Below are positions 54,784 to 64,000 of a stretch of 64,000 nt of DNA, in pieces. This DNA comes from a virus: IMG/VR virus record IMGVR_UViG_3300047546_001881, positions 1-64,000 of that record; one strand, written 5' to 3'. The notes below the pieces were generated by a model. It was not told where the DNA came from. It made no database searches and saw only the letters and a list, made by a program, of their open reading frames with translations. A program made the translations under genes and the position numbers. The number at the start of each line of letters is the position of its first letter. The stretch's first letter is position 1.

Positions 54784-56835
54784 TAATCTTCTTGCTGTGT
54801 GGGTATAAGTCTCATTAGCTCTTATCCAATCCGCACAAGCAATCCCTCTCTCTTGTAATAGAACTCTATCTTCTGCAGCTTCTAATATCCTGTCTTTCAA
54901 AGACAGGATATCTGGCTCTGCCCAAGAACCAAAATCATTAGATTCATTGTTGTAAGCTTTGAGTACTGGAATGGTTGAATAATAACTGGCTTCTTTTAAC
55001 TCATACTTAACTGAGTAGTTGAAGTCTAAGTTCATTATTGATTGTAAGCCTGCAAAATTTGCTGCAATAACAGGCATACCGGTACTCATTGCTTCTCTTT
55101 GTGGAAGTCCATAGCCTTCACCTTTAGTTGGACTTAGTAAGCAATCGCAGGAATGCACGAGATCAACCAGCATAGCTGTATTGTACTTCCAAGATATAAT
55201 TTCAATATTCTTTAGATAGCGGTATTCTACTGGAATATCACCATCTGTTAGTTTTAAAACTAACTCTATATTTGGATTCTCTTTGCTTGCTAAAGAAAAA
55301 GCTTCTAAAGCAGCTCTGTAATTCTTTCTTTCATACTCCCAATGGGAGTTAGCAAAAAGTAAGAATCTGACAGCTTTATTAGTTTTTCTTTTCTTGTATA
55401 TCCATATCTTTTCATTTACACCTAATGAACATATCTCTATAGGTACTGCAGTTCCTTGGTTTTGAAAAGCAATTTTATTTTGTTCGCAAGGTACTATAAG
55501 TCTATCAAAAAGATTAATAGTTGGAATCCAAGTGCTTGGTGGCTTGGTAGTTTCCCACATAGTGAAACAGCTTTTAGTAAGAGATGAATTAAATTCTTCT
55601 TTCCAGGAAGGTAGAGAGTAGTAGATTAAATGCTTCCCTTTATCTTTTGAAATTAACTTTTCAGATTCATTACCAATGAAATCTCTCCAATCACTTGCTT
55701 GTTCTTCAGCATTCCAAGATACAGAAGTAAGGCGCCCAAGGTGAACTGCTATTTGTTCAGCAGAACTTCCATAGCCATCAACAGGAGAAAGCACTGAAGA
55801 AAAAATTATTTCTTTTCTAAAGTTGTTAGCTTTGGTCCACGCTTTATCAAATACTTTCTTTGCTGGTATATCAGACATACATTTGAAATTAATATTGCAC
55901 TGTTTATACCAGCAACCTAAACATCCTAAGTTAACAGCAGTTACTGCTTCGTGACTAGGGTAATGATTGATTCTTGCTTGGGGAGGAATAGAGCCAAATA
56001 AAGCTATAGTAGGTATTTGGAGTGCACCTGCCAAATGCATTGGTCCAGTATCTGGAGTAACAAAGCTATGGCATCTCTCGATAAGAGATGCCATCTTTCT
56101 AACAGTAGTATTGCTGCAGTCTATTACAAAATCTAAAGACTTTAAATCTGAGTATTCATTTTGAAAATCAAATAAAAGAATCTTAGCAACTGCAGATTTT
56201 TCTTTTACCAGTTCTACAAACTTAAGAACTTCTTCTCGAGCCCAAGATCTTTTGTGTTCGTTAGAGCTTGGACATAAACCTATTAGGATCTTTCCAAAAG
56301 TATTTCTATCTTTTAGATAGTTAATTGCCCATTCCCTTTCATCTGATTCTACTTTATAGAAAGGTAAAGGATTATTTAGCTCTTTAATTCCTAAAGCATT
56401 AGCAAATATATCAATTCTATTCTTTGGTTTGAATTGAGTATTCTCATAAGCAATACAAACAGAAGATATATCTACAACTTTGCTGTATTTGTTTCTATCA
56501 ACATATCTAGCATCTATTAGGTTATCTATAAAAGGTGCATTCTTTAGCATCTCTTTATAAGAGCAATCCCAGGTACTGTGCATATCTACGGCTACAGTAA
56601 TCTTTAAATCTGGATACTTTTCTTTTAAAGCTCGAATACCGGGAGTGATCATTAGCACATCACCTATACCTCCAACTGATCTTATTATGCATATGTGACC
56701 AGAAGAAGGTACTGATGTGCTTTTCAAGACAAAAGATTGATTACTAATAACATTTGCGCCCCGAGTCTCTGCTACAACTACTTGGGGTTTTAGCAAGTTA
56801 TTGTTTTTATCTTTTGTATATCTTCTAAATGTCAT
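54763..56835 (-). CDS. fused GT9 (heptosyltransferase-like) + GT4 glycosyltransferase
   Basis: GGIGDVL, DTGPMHLAGAL, then SPTKGEGYGLPQREAMSTGMPVI. Confidence 0.88.
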   Translation of the reverse strand: MTFRRYTKDKNNNLLKPQVVVAETRGANVISNQSFVLKSTSVPSSGHICIIRSVGGIGDVLMITPGIRALKEKYPDLKITVAVDMHSTWDCSYKEMLKNAPFIDNLIDARYVDRNKYSKVVDISSVCIAYENTQFKPKNRIDIFANALGIKELNNPLPFYKVESDEREWAINYLKDRNTFGKILIGLCPSSNEHKRSWAREEVLKFVELVKEKSAVAKILLFDFQNEYSDLKSLDFVIDCSNTTVRKMASLIERCHSFVTPDTGPMHLAGALQIPTIALFGSIPPQARINHYPSHEAVTAVNLGCLGCWYKQCNINFKCMSDIPAKKVFDKAWTKANNFRKEIIFSSVLSPVDGYGSSAEQIAVHLGRLTSVSWNAEEQASDWRDFIGNESEKLISKDKGKHLIYYSLPSWKEEFNSSLTKSCFTMWETTKPPSTWIPTINLFDRLIVPCEQNKIAFQNQGTAVPIEICSLGVNEKIWIYKKRKTNKAVRFLLFANSHWEYERKNYRAALEAFSLASKENPNIELVLKLTDGDIPVEYRYLKNIEIISWKYNTAMLVDLVHSCDCLLSPTKGEGYGLPQREAMSTGMPVIAANFAGLQSIMNLDFNYSVKYELKEASYYSTIPVLKAYNNESNDFGSWAEPDILSLKDRILEAAEDRVLLQERGIACADWIRANETYTHTARRLLEIIRS

Positions 56836-58739
56836 TCTAAGAAGTCTACTCTTAAACCTAACATAAAGACTTTTACTGCAGTTCCACCATTAAAATATCC
56901 AACACCATGAATGGGAGATATTCTTAGTGTAAGAAAACCATTCATATCAGGCATTGCTGTTATGTTTAATGTGCCGAATTCTAAAACACAAACTCTATAA
57001 TCTAAAGCTGAATGACTAGAAGTTGCAGTAGTATATCCTGAAGGATCTGAACTAGAGTTAAAGTTTAATTGTGTAAGCTGAAGACCATCTGTAAAGGGTG
57101 CAATTGTTCCTGCAGCCCCAGAAGGATCTTGGTGACTTGTTAAACTGAAACTGAAAGTGTTGCTTGGGTTAGCTGCCCAAGCACCTGGACTAATTTCTCT
57201 ATCTGTAAAGAAGTATCCAGTTACTTTTATCTTTGTTGGGTATTCCCAACCCACACTTGTTTTAACTCTTGGAATACCTATAGTTGCATAGGTTAATTGA
57301 TCTGATTCAGACATACCAGTTTTAAAAGTAAACTGAACAGCATTGTGTGCATACCACAGGTCGGTTGCAAGTCCAGGCCCTATGCCTGGTTTTAATTCTC
57401 TTGTTGTTCTTAGTACTGTGTTGTTATTATGAAGACTACTTGTATATTCTTGATTTGGAATGGAGTTATCAATAGGAGTTAAAAGAGGTGTACCTGCAGG
57501 CTCTTCATCAACAGAGAGATCAGTATTAGTAACTGGCATCTGTTGAGCAGATCTTTGATCAAAGTCATTTGGTCTTAACCAAATAGAAAATACTGGTTTT
57601 GCTTCGTCAACAGCAGAAGGTATCCATGTAGATGTTGCGCTATCAAAGCGCAACACATCTTGATCACTAGGTGCAGAAGCATCCACATCTACTAAATCGT
57701 CTAGTTCTAATCCATAGACAGATATCTCTAAATCTTTTACACCTGCAGTAAACTTAATATTATCCCCTGCAAAAAGATTTAATGTATCGTTTGGAGTAGT
57801 CATCTCTATAAAAGTAGAGCCGATCAACATTCCGCTAGTAGAACTTAAACTATATTCTTTAGTTGAGTGCAAGTCTCTGTCTATTTGTTTTATTGCTTCT
57901 ACTAAGCTATCTCCATTAGAGATTAAGTTGTTACCTGGTCCTGGTCCTGTAGGAGTTGCTGAAGAGTAATTCGGACTGTCATCTAAACAGTTTGCTTGTC
58001 CAACAAAGTTGTGAATGTTTGTTAAAGCGTCGCTAAGTAAGTAGCCTTCTCCACAATACTCAATTGCACTTGCTGGGATTAAAGCATCGTAAATAAAGTC
58101 AGATACTCTAATCTCTAAAGAAAGATCTGGATATGTATCTGTGAAACAAGACTCGAGTCCAAAAGCTGGACCACCTACAACTAACTGAGACATGATCTCG
58201 TATACATGCCTTGCCATTGAATACTGAAGATTAGCCTTACCGTCGCAATCATAGGTATAACATTCGGCTAAAGTGTCTTTCTTTAATTGACCCATATTTA
58301 GATCAATGCACTGAATCAATGATCTTAACTCTGTATCATCATATTCTTCGCTAGTAGACTTATCTTCTTTAAGAGCTTCTAGTTGAGAAGCTAAACACAT
58401 AATAGTTCCAGTAATAGAATGCGGCTGCCCTCTTGTGTAATCCCACAAGCACTCCATTCCGTTCTCTGTAGCCCAAGGCTCAGTAGTAACAGTCCAGCCA
58501 GAGATACCACCTTTCTCTGAATCCAGAACATCATATTCGTGTTCTGGACTTGAACGAAGGGTTCTGATTGCAGGATAAATGATGTTGTTCCAGTTATGAA
58601 CATTAACTGCTGCATCAATCTTTGCAGCTCTAACAAAAGCTTTCATTTGATCTTTGTTAGTAACGTCATTCACTAATCCTGTACTTTGAAATATCTTGGT
58701 TAGTGTATTCTTAAAGAATTCGCTGCGAATTAAAGCCAT
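56832..58739 (-). CDS. putative tail fibre/virion protein
   Basis: LDDLVDVD..PSDQDVLRFD...W fibre repeat motif. Confidence 0.55.
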   Translation of the reverse strand: MALIRSEFFKNTLTKIFQSTGLVNDVTNKDQMKAFVRAAKIDAAVNVHNWNNIIYPAIRTLRSSPEHEYDVLDSEKGGISGWTVTTEPWATENGMECLWDYTRGQPHSITGTIMCLASQLEALKEDKSTSEEYDDTELRSLIQCIDLNMGQLKKDTLAECYTYDCDGKANLQYSMARHVYEIMSQLVVGGPAFGLESCFTDTYPDLSLEIRVSDFIYDALIPASAIEYCGEGYLLSDALTNIHNFVGQANCLDDSPNYSSATPTGPGPGNNLISNGDSLVEAIKQIDRDLHSTKEYSLSSTSGMLIGSTFIEMTTPNDTLNLFAGDNIKFTAGVKDLEISVYGLELDDLVDVDASAPSDQDVLRFDSATSTWIPSAVDEAKPVFSIWLRPNDFDQRSAQQMPVTNTDLSVDEEPAGTPLLTPIDNSIPNQEYTSSLHNNNTVLRTTRELKPGIGPGLATDLWYAHNAVQFTFKTGMSESDQLTYATIGIPRVKTSVGWEYPTKIKVTGYFFTDREISPGAWAANPSNTFSFSLTSHQDPSGAAGTIAPFTDGLQLTQLNFNSSSDPSGYTTATSSHSALDYRVCVLEFGTLNITAMPDMNGFLTLRISPIHGVGYFNGGTAVKVFMLGLRVDFLE

Positions 58740-60739
58740 CAGATTACCCTTACTTGAAAACTATTGATGTGAGGAGAGATATTTAAATCGTTTGATTTGA
58801 TTATTGCTTTTACCCAAAGTTTATTTGAAGATCCATTCTTAAGCATAAAGTTTACTTTTACTTGTTCATTAAAAGATGAACTATCTGAAGGATCTATTTT
58901 AACTTTAAAATAAAGACTTCCGTTATACTCTTCTATTGTATAAACACTCAAATCATTATTAAGTTCTCCCGAGTTAAAAAGCTCTGGAGTTACATAGTTC
59001 ATTAAAATACCAAAGTTTCTCCCCAATGCATTATAAACTTTGTTCCCTGAAAAATCACTACTGTATTTGTATCCTTCTATAATCAATTTATGATTGTAAG
59101 GATATATTGGGTCTGAGTTTTTCAGTAACTCAACTGTCTTTAAGTTTTCATCTACTGCATACCAGTTCATATGAGATGTTTTGAACTTATGATAGCCTTG
59201 AGGCAGCGAGACAACTCCAGAGACAATCTTTCCATTTATCTCGGCTCCTCTTGGGCCGAGATCCACTCTCTTACCTTCTACTGAATCTATATAAATTACT
59301 GTACTGTATTGTTGATTTCTATCATCATAAACCCATCCACTTTCAGTTCCATACAAGCGTTTACCTTGTGGTAAGTTTCTTTCAACTACAGTATTTTGTA
59401 ATATAAATTTATCTGCCCACTCAGCTTCAATCTTTAAGTTACACAAAGCCTCTTCAGAGTATTCTAAATTAACTCTTTCAGGTGCAGTAGTAACTAATGC
59501 ATATGGATGAGATAGTGGCTCGATATAAGAATAGCTTTCCTCTGGATTAGAGTTATTAAACTTAACAGTACTAAAGCTAGTTGAATTATAAGATGCTGGA
59601 ATCCAGTTGATTCCATCATTACTTAAAAAGAACGAAACACTAGTTTTATCTGGGACTATGCAGCAAGTACCATCTTTCATAGTTGCTTGTGTAAAGTTTA
59701 CTGGGTTGTTTAGTTCATCATAAAGACTATAGGGGCCTGCAACTAATACAGATTCTGAGTTGCGACTAAATCTTCCTTTAGTGAATTCAAGTGAATCTAA
59801 ACTAAAAATATATTTGCTATTACCAATAGATGGTGTCTCGTCAGCAGCATATTTTGTTAAGTAAATTTTAACTTTCTTGATGTCTTCTTGGGCTATAGTA
59901 ATAGTGTTAAGTCCAGTAACAAAGTAAGATTCATTTCCTACCATAGAGTAGGTGCTGCCATCTTTTGAAACTAGAACTAAATACTTCATTCTTGAGTTTG
60001 CATTTACTGCATTGCCAGCTAACTTAATTTCAGATAGAAATTCTGGCTTGTCAAAGTCTGCTTCTATAATACAAGACACTTCTCCAGTCTTGTATTTAGT
60101 GTAAACGTAATACTCCCATACAACTCCATCTTTCTTTTTAAGAGCGTTAATGGAAGAGACAGCAGATGCACTTACAAAGCCTTTCTTGCTATTTGCTGTA
60201 AAAGACAAATTAACAAAATCTAAATCTGCTACTTCGCAGTTATCTCTTCCAAGAGTTACGTAACCAGGCTCAATAGAAACTGTAGATTGCTGTTGATCAA
60301 TAAATTCAGAAGTAACAAAGTCTTCTTGTACACCATACAAGAAGATATCTGCTTTGCTATTTAGCAAGATTAGATTGTCTAATCTTCTTTCAATGCTTTG
60401 GATCAGTCGATTACATCTATGAGTCGTTACACTAAAGCCAGTAAAAGTATCAAACATCTTTTCAGCAAGAGCATCTATTCTTTCAGAAATAGCAACTGAA
60501 TCTTCGACCATTGCCTTTCTGTTTAAGTTCTCATCTTTAGCTGATGAAACACTTAGAAAGTTTGGATGCTTAACATCAATAGTTGAGAATCCAACCAAGT
60601 CTAAGTTTGGATATTTCTTTTTATACTCTATTTCTTTTTCTCTTAAAGTAGCTGGACTAGGAGTTCTTTTAAACTCCTTAATATAGTCCTCTACAATTCT
60701 TTTTTTAAGAAGAGTATTGTATTCTTGTCGAGTAGACAT
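58739..60739 (-). CDS. putative large virion structural protein
   Basis: 666-aa beta-rich ORF in a coupled minus-strand cluster. Confidence 0.5.
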   Translation of the reverse strand: MSTRQEYNTLLKKRIVEDYIKEFKRTPSPATLREKEIEYKKKYPNLDLVGFSTIDVKHPNFLSVSSAKDENLNRKAMVEDSVAISERIDALAEKMFDTFTGFSVTTHRCNRLIQSIERRLDNLILLNSKADIFLYGVQEDFVTSEFIDQQQSTVSIEPGYVTLGRDNCEVADLDFVNLSFTANSKKGFVSASAVSSINALKKKDGVVWEYYVYTKYKTGEVSCIIEADFDKPEFLSEIKLAGNAVNANSRMKYLVLVSKDGSTYSMVGNESYFVTGLNTITIAQEDIKKVKIYLTKYAADETPSIGNSKYIFSLDSLEFTKGRFSRNSESVLVAGPYSLYDELNNPVNFTQATMKDGTCCIVPDKTSVSFFLSNDGINWIPASYNSTSFSTVKFNNSNPEESYSYIEPLSHPYALVTTAPERVNLEYSEEALCNLKIEAEWADKFILQNTVVERNLPQGKRLYGTESGWVYDDRNQQYSTVIYIDSVEGKRVDLGPRGAEINGKIVSGVVSLPQGYHKFKTSHMNWYAVDENLKTVELLKNSDPIYPYNHKLIIEGYKYSSDFSGNKVYNALGRNFGILMNYVTPELFNSGELNNDLSVYTIEEYNGSLYFKVKIDPSDSSSFNEQVKVNFMLKNGSSNKLWVKAIIKSNDLNISPHINSFQVRVI

Positions 60740-63700
60740 TATTGAAACCTGAAAGAGATATTGTAGAAGATAGGCGAGAAGTAGTTCTTTAACTCTTTAA
60801 TAGGCGTGTAGTTGTCCCTAGTAAAGTAATAGACTTTAATTCTTTTGTTAATCGGAAAAGTACTTTGTTGTTCTGTTCTTATTGATACTGAATTACTTTC
60901 AGGATCATAGGTCCAAGAATCCATCTTCTTGACTATATCATATTCTGCTTTATAGTTTGCCACTTTGTATTTAACTATAGGATTTGAAGACATTCTGATG
61001 TCTTCTGCGCAGAACAGAACGCCATTTACATAATCAACAGAATAAAGTCCTCTTGATATAAAGCTTGGATCTTTATAAGAGTAGTTATACTTTATTCTTC
61101 CAGGCAGAGTTCCTCTGCTACCTGATAAAGCGACTCTAACTTCTACTTTACCTTCAGCACTAACAGTATAGTCGCCTACGCTAGTAAGGCTGGAATCTAA
61201 AGTTTTGAAGACTTCTGTGTCTTCAAAAACTACACCAAGAGCGGCGTAATAGTTAACTCCTGCTGCAAGATTGAAAGTAACAATACCACTGGTATCGGAA
61301 ACGATTTCTATCGTTTCCTCTTTATCCATGTTTTTCAATCCAAGAAACTCTACTTTGCCATCTTCGTATGCAACTTCTCTTGGATAGATCTCTGGATTCT
61401 CTTCAAAAATATCAGCAGACAAACGTAAACTATTAACTACAATATAGTTGTCTGGTAAATCTAATATCTTTTTAGATGCAGCAATATCAAACAGCTTTTG
61501 TTTAGAAAGCACTGCACCAGTTCTAATATCAATACCAACAAAGTCTGAAACCTTTTCTTGGTTAGGAGAGTATTCTCTATCTTTTGTAATGACAGAATCA
61601 GAAGAAATAATTATTCCTTTGACTTTTTTGTTTTCTCCCCAAATCTCATAATTAGTGTCTTCTAGAACTTTAATATTTGAATGAGAGTAAACAAGTTTGA
61701 CTGGAGAGATTTCCCCAACACTTGCTTCAGATATAGTCTTACTTAGATAAACCCTTCCATTTGTTTCATCTACGTAATAAAGAATCTCTTTAGGAGAAGT
61801 TCCAGAATCATCTTTTACATCCACGTATATTGATGTTCTAGTAAAGATGATATCATTCTCAGATTGAAAAGATACTGAACTTGCTACAATGTTTGTGTTA
61901 TTTAAATTTAAGATTTTGGTTAATAGAGGAACTTTTATAGAAGTGGTACTTAGGCTAGCTGGTAAGTAACTAATTCTTATTCTATCTTTATCAGGATCGA
62001 AGAGATCGCTAAAGGCAGCATAGTATCCGTCACTTCTTTCTTCTAATAGAAGTCTTTGGCTTGGAAATTTCCAGGTAACTGGGGCCAACTGCCTTCTATG
62101 CTGCACTGCTATTCTCTTCCAATCACTGTCCATTGCCCATATATTATCAGTAGTTCCAGTGCCGTTCTGAATATCTTCAAATGAAACCGCTGATCCAGTA
62201 CTATCTACTTGTGCTAGTAATTCTTTGTTGTTAACTAGCAAAGACATATCTTCTGGCAAAAGACTATATCCTTTACCATCAAGCTCAATAGGCAAGTTAA
62301 TAGTAAAGCCCTCTCCAGGCTCTAGTCTTGGCGTTGTAGCTATTTGGATAGCTTCTCTTGGGTCATCGGTCCTTCTACAGATACGAGGCTGGTATACGCC
62401 AATATTTCCGTTGTAGGGTCGTTCAGGTAAAGGAACTTTATTTGGAGATTGATTCAATGAAATCAACTGAGAGATGACACTTACATTGACACTTATATCT
62501 TCATTGGTAAATGAAGATATATTAGTAAATGCGTCATCATTACGTTTAGTATAAAGTCTCCAGAAAACGTTAGTCTTATCTCCGTCTAGTTTTATAGTTT
62601 TGGCCGAACGATTCTCGTCAAAGCCAAAAACATCCAGATCCCAATCTTCTCCACCATTGCCTGAGAAGTCTAACGTTGCTTTAAAAAGATTTGGATTCTT
62701 TGGAAAAACACTAGATGTAGACTCTGCTACATAAAGTCCATCTGGTATTTCTAAAGCATTAGAAGAGATTCCGCCTTCATTGGCGAATCTCAATCTTTGA
62801 AACTCTATGTGTTTAATTCCTATAGAGTAGCGTTTCCTTGTTACCAATCTATTATCAGTTGTAGGTATGTTAAGTAGGTGAGAGTTTTCTTGCTTGCAAA
62901 CAATCTTTACTGAATTACAAGATACTGGCAAAAAGGTAAGCTGCCAAAAGATATCATTACCAACTGACTTAACAATAAAGTTTTCATATTTAACTTTGGG
63001 TCCAACTTGTTCTTTAACAGAAATTGTCTTGTTACCAGGTACATAGAAAAGGATATCTTCTATTTCAAAACTTAAAGACTCAGGTATTACAGCGGGTCTT
63101 ATTTGTATTCTATTTAAGATTTCTGTTGAAGAGAAATCGCAACAAATAGAAACTTTCATAGGCCCAGAATCTAGTCTTTCGTATTCAAAATAGCTATTGG
63201 GCTCTTCATCAAACATTGAAGCTGGATTTACATTCTCTACGGTGACAGCAGCATCAGAGTTTCCAGGCGTACCATTTCCATTACTTAAATAAACTGAGCT
63301 TGGCTTGATCTGCTCTGTAGAGACGATACCTAGAGTTGCTATACCTTCAGAGGTATCAATGTTGAGTAATGTTCCGCCAGTATCTGAATCAGACAAGAAA
63401 TCAAAGTTTAGAAATTTCTCTGCAAGTACCCACTTAGCTTTCTCTCTATCCCAAAGATCTAAAGCTGCTTTCTTCTGTCTGACTCTTTTCAAAGAACCAG
63501 TTATTTCTATTAGCTCTTTTACTTTAGTGTTGTAACCATCAATATAAGTTTGAGCAAGCTTTTCTAGCTTGCTCATATTGAGATCAGTCTTATACTTTAA
63601 GTTTGATTTCTCTTCACTAAAGTTATCTTTATCACAGTTAGAGTTAACAGATACTTCTGGTACCGTTAACTTGTTCTGAATGATCTTGTTAAAGATCTCC

Positions 63701-63837
63701 AGGACTCTTGCTTCTAGCAAGAGTCTATCTTCTATTGTTCTAGCAGAGCTAACTGAAGAGATTGTGCTTTCAAGTAGAGTAACAATCCCATCAATTTCTA
63801 AAGAGTGACTTCTCTTAGCAATATTATTTAAAGGCAC
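60739..63837 (-). CDS. putative large virion structural (baseplate/tail) protein
   Basis: 1032 aa; repeated Y.VD...G motifs; AGGAG RBS. Confidence 0.55.
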   Translation of the reverse strand: MPLNNIAKRSHSLEIDGIVTLLESTISSVSSARTIEDRLLLEARVLEIFNKIIQNKLTVPEVSVNSNCDKDNFSEEKSNLKYKTDLNMSKLEKLAQTYIDGYNTKVKELIEITGSLKRVRQKKAALDLWDREKAKWVLAEKFLNFDFLSDSDTGGTLLNIDTSEGIATLGIVSTEQIKPSSVYLSNGNGTPGNSDAAVTVENVNPASMFDEEPNSYFEYERLDSGPMKVSICCDFSSTEILNRIQIRPAVIPESLSFEIEDILFYVPGNKTISVKEQVGPKVKYENFIVKSVGNDIFWQLTFLPVSCNSVKIVCKQENSHLLNIPTTDNRLVTRKRYSIGIKHIEFQRLRFANEGGISSNALEIPDGLYVAESTSSVFPKNPNLFKATLDFSGNGGEDWDLDVFGFDENRSAKTIKLDGDKTNVFWRLYTKRNDDAFTNISSFTNEDISVNVSVISQLISLNQSPNKVPLPERPYNGNIGVYQPRICRRTDDPREAIQIATTPRLEPGEGFTINLPIELDGKGYSLLPEDMSLLVNNKELLAQVDSTGSAVSFEDIQNGTGTTDNIWAMDSDWKRIAVQHRRQLAPVTWKFPSQRLLLEERSDGYYAAFSDLFDPDKDRIRISYLPASLSTTSIKVPLLTKILNLNNTNIVASSVSFQSENDIIFTRTSIYVDVKDDSGTSPKEILYYVDETNGRVYLSKTISEASVGEISPVKLVYSHSNIKVLEDTNYEIWGENKKVKGIIISSDSVITKDREYSPNQEKVSDFVGIDIRTGAVLSKQKLFDIAASKKILDLPDNYIVVNSLRLSADIFEENPEIYPREVAYEDGKVEFLGLKNMDKEETIEIVSDTSGIVTFNLAAGVNYYAALGVVFEDTEVFKTLDSSLTSVGDYTVSAEGKVEVRVALSGSRGTLPGRIKYNYSYKDPSFISRGLYSVDYVNGVLFCAEDIRMSSNPIVKYKVANYKAEYDIVKKMDSWTYDPESNSVSIRTEQQSTFPINKRIKVYYFTRDNYTPIKELKNYFSPIFYNISFRFQ

Positions 63838-63854
63838 AGTTAACTCTCCTAGAT

Positions 63855-63998
63855 TTAGTTACTGTTAGAGCCGGCAGCTATTCTTCTTTTAACAGAAGCT
63901 TTCATAACTTTACCACTAGGAGTATTTTCTATATTCCTGTTTTGGATTGCAAGAGAGTACTCTCTAATAACATTGGTTAAGTAAACATTATTAGAACT
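63855..63998 (-). CDS. 3' end of a gene extending beyond the window
   Basis: open frame ...VIREYSLAIQ...GSNSN* from the window edge. Confidence 0.5.
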   Translation of the reverse strand, partial: SSNNVYLTNVIREYSLAIQNRNIENTPSGKVMKASVKRRIAAGSNSN

Positions 63999-64000
63999 TG

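Noticed and set aside
1-64000. Stop-codon reassignment and tRNA genes
   Set aside because: Conserved genes are full length in the standard code and use all three stop codons; no tRNA-like T-arm or cloverleaf was noticed by eye.

Overview
AT-rich, densely coded, mostly + strand segment of a large dsDNA bacteriophage genome (jumbo-phage-like). No tRNA, rRNA, CRISPR array, integrase or reverse transcriptase was recognised. From left to right it contains: (i) small accessory genes with GC-rich patches, including a previously unannotated tandem array of six ~150-bp mini-genes (2474-3400), each encoding only a DGR-type C-type-lectin/FGE variable-repeat motif; (ii) nucleotide metabolism and repair genes (purA, spore-photoproduct-lyase-like radical SAM, thyX, ssb, deaminases, nrdJ, dut, IMPDH/GMPR); (iii) a protease-less Lon AAA+ and a nucleotidyltransferase, followed by an apparently complete phage-encoded ubiquitin-like conjugation cluster (E2-like, JAB, E1/ThiF, Ubl); (iv) replication and recombination genes (recA, a DnaE split in two around an inverted structural gene, primase-helicase, Cas4-like nucleases, resolvases); (v) dispersed sugar-nucleotide and glycosyltransferase genes; (vi) large minus-strand, probably virion, proteins. 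All calls come from motif recognition by eye; no database searches were run.
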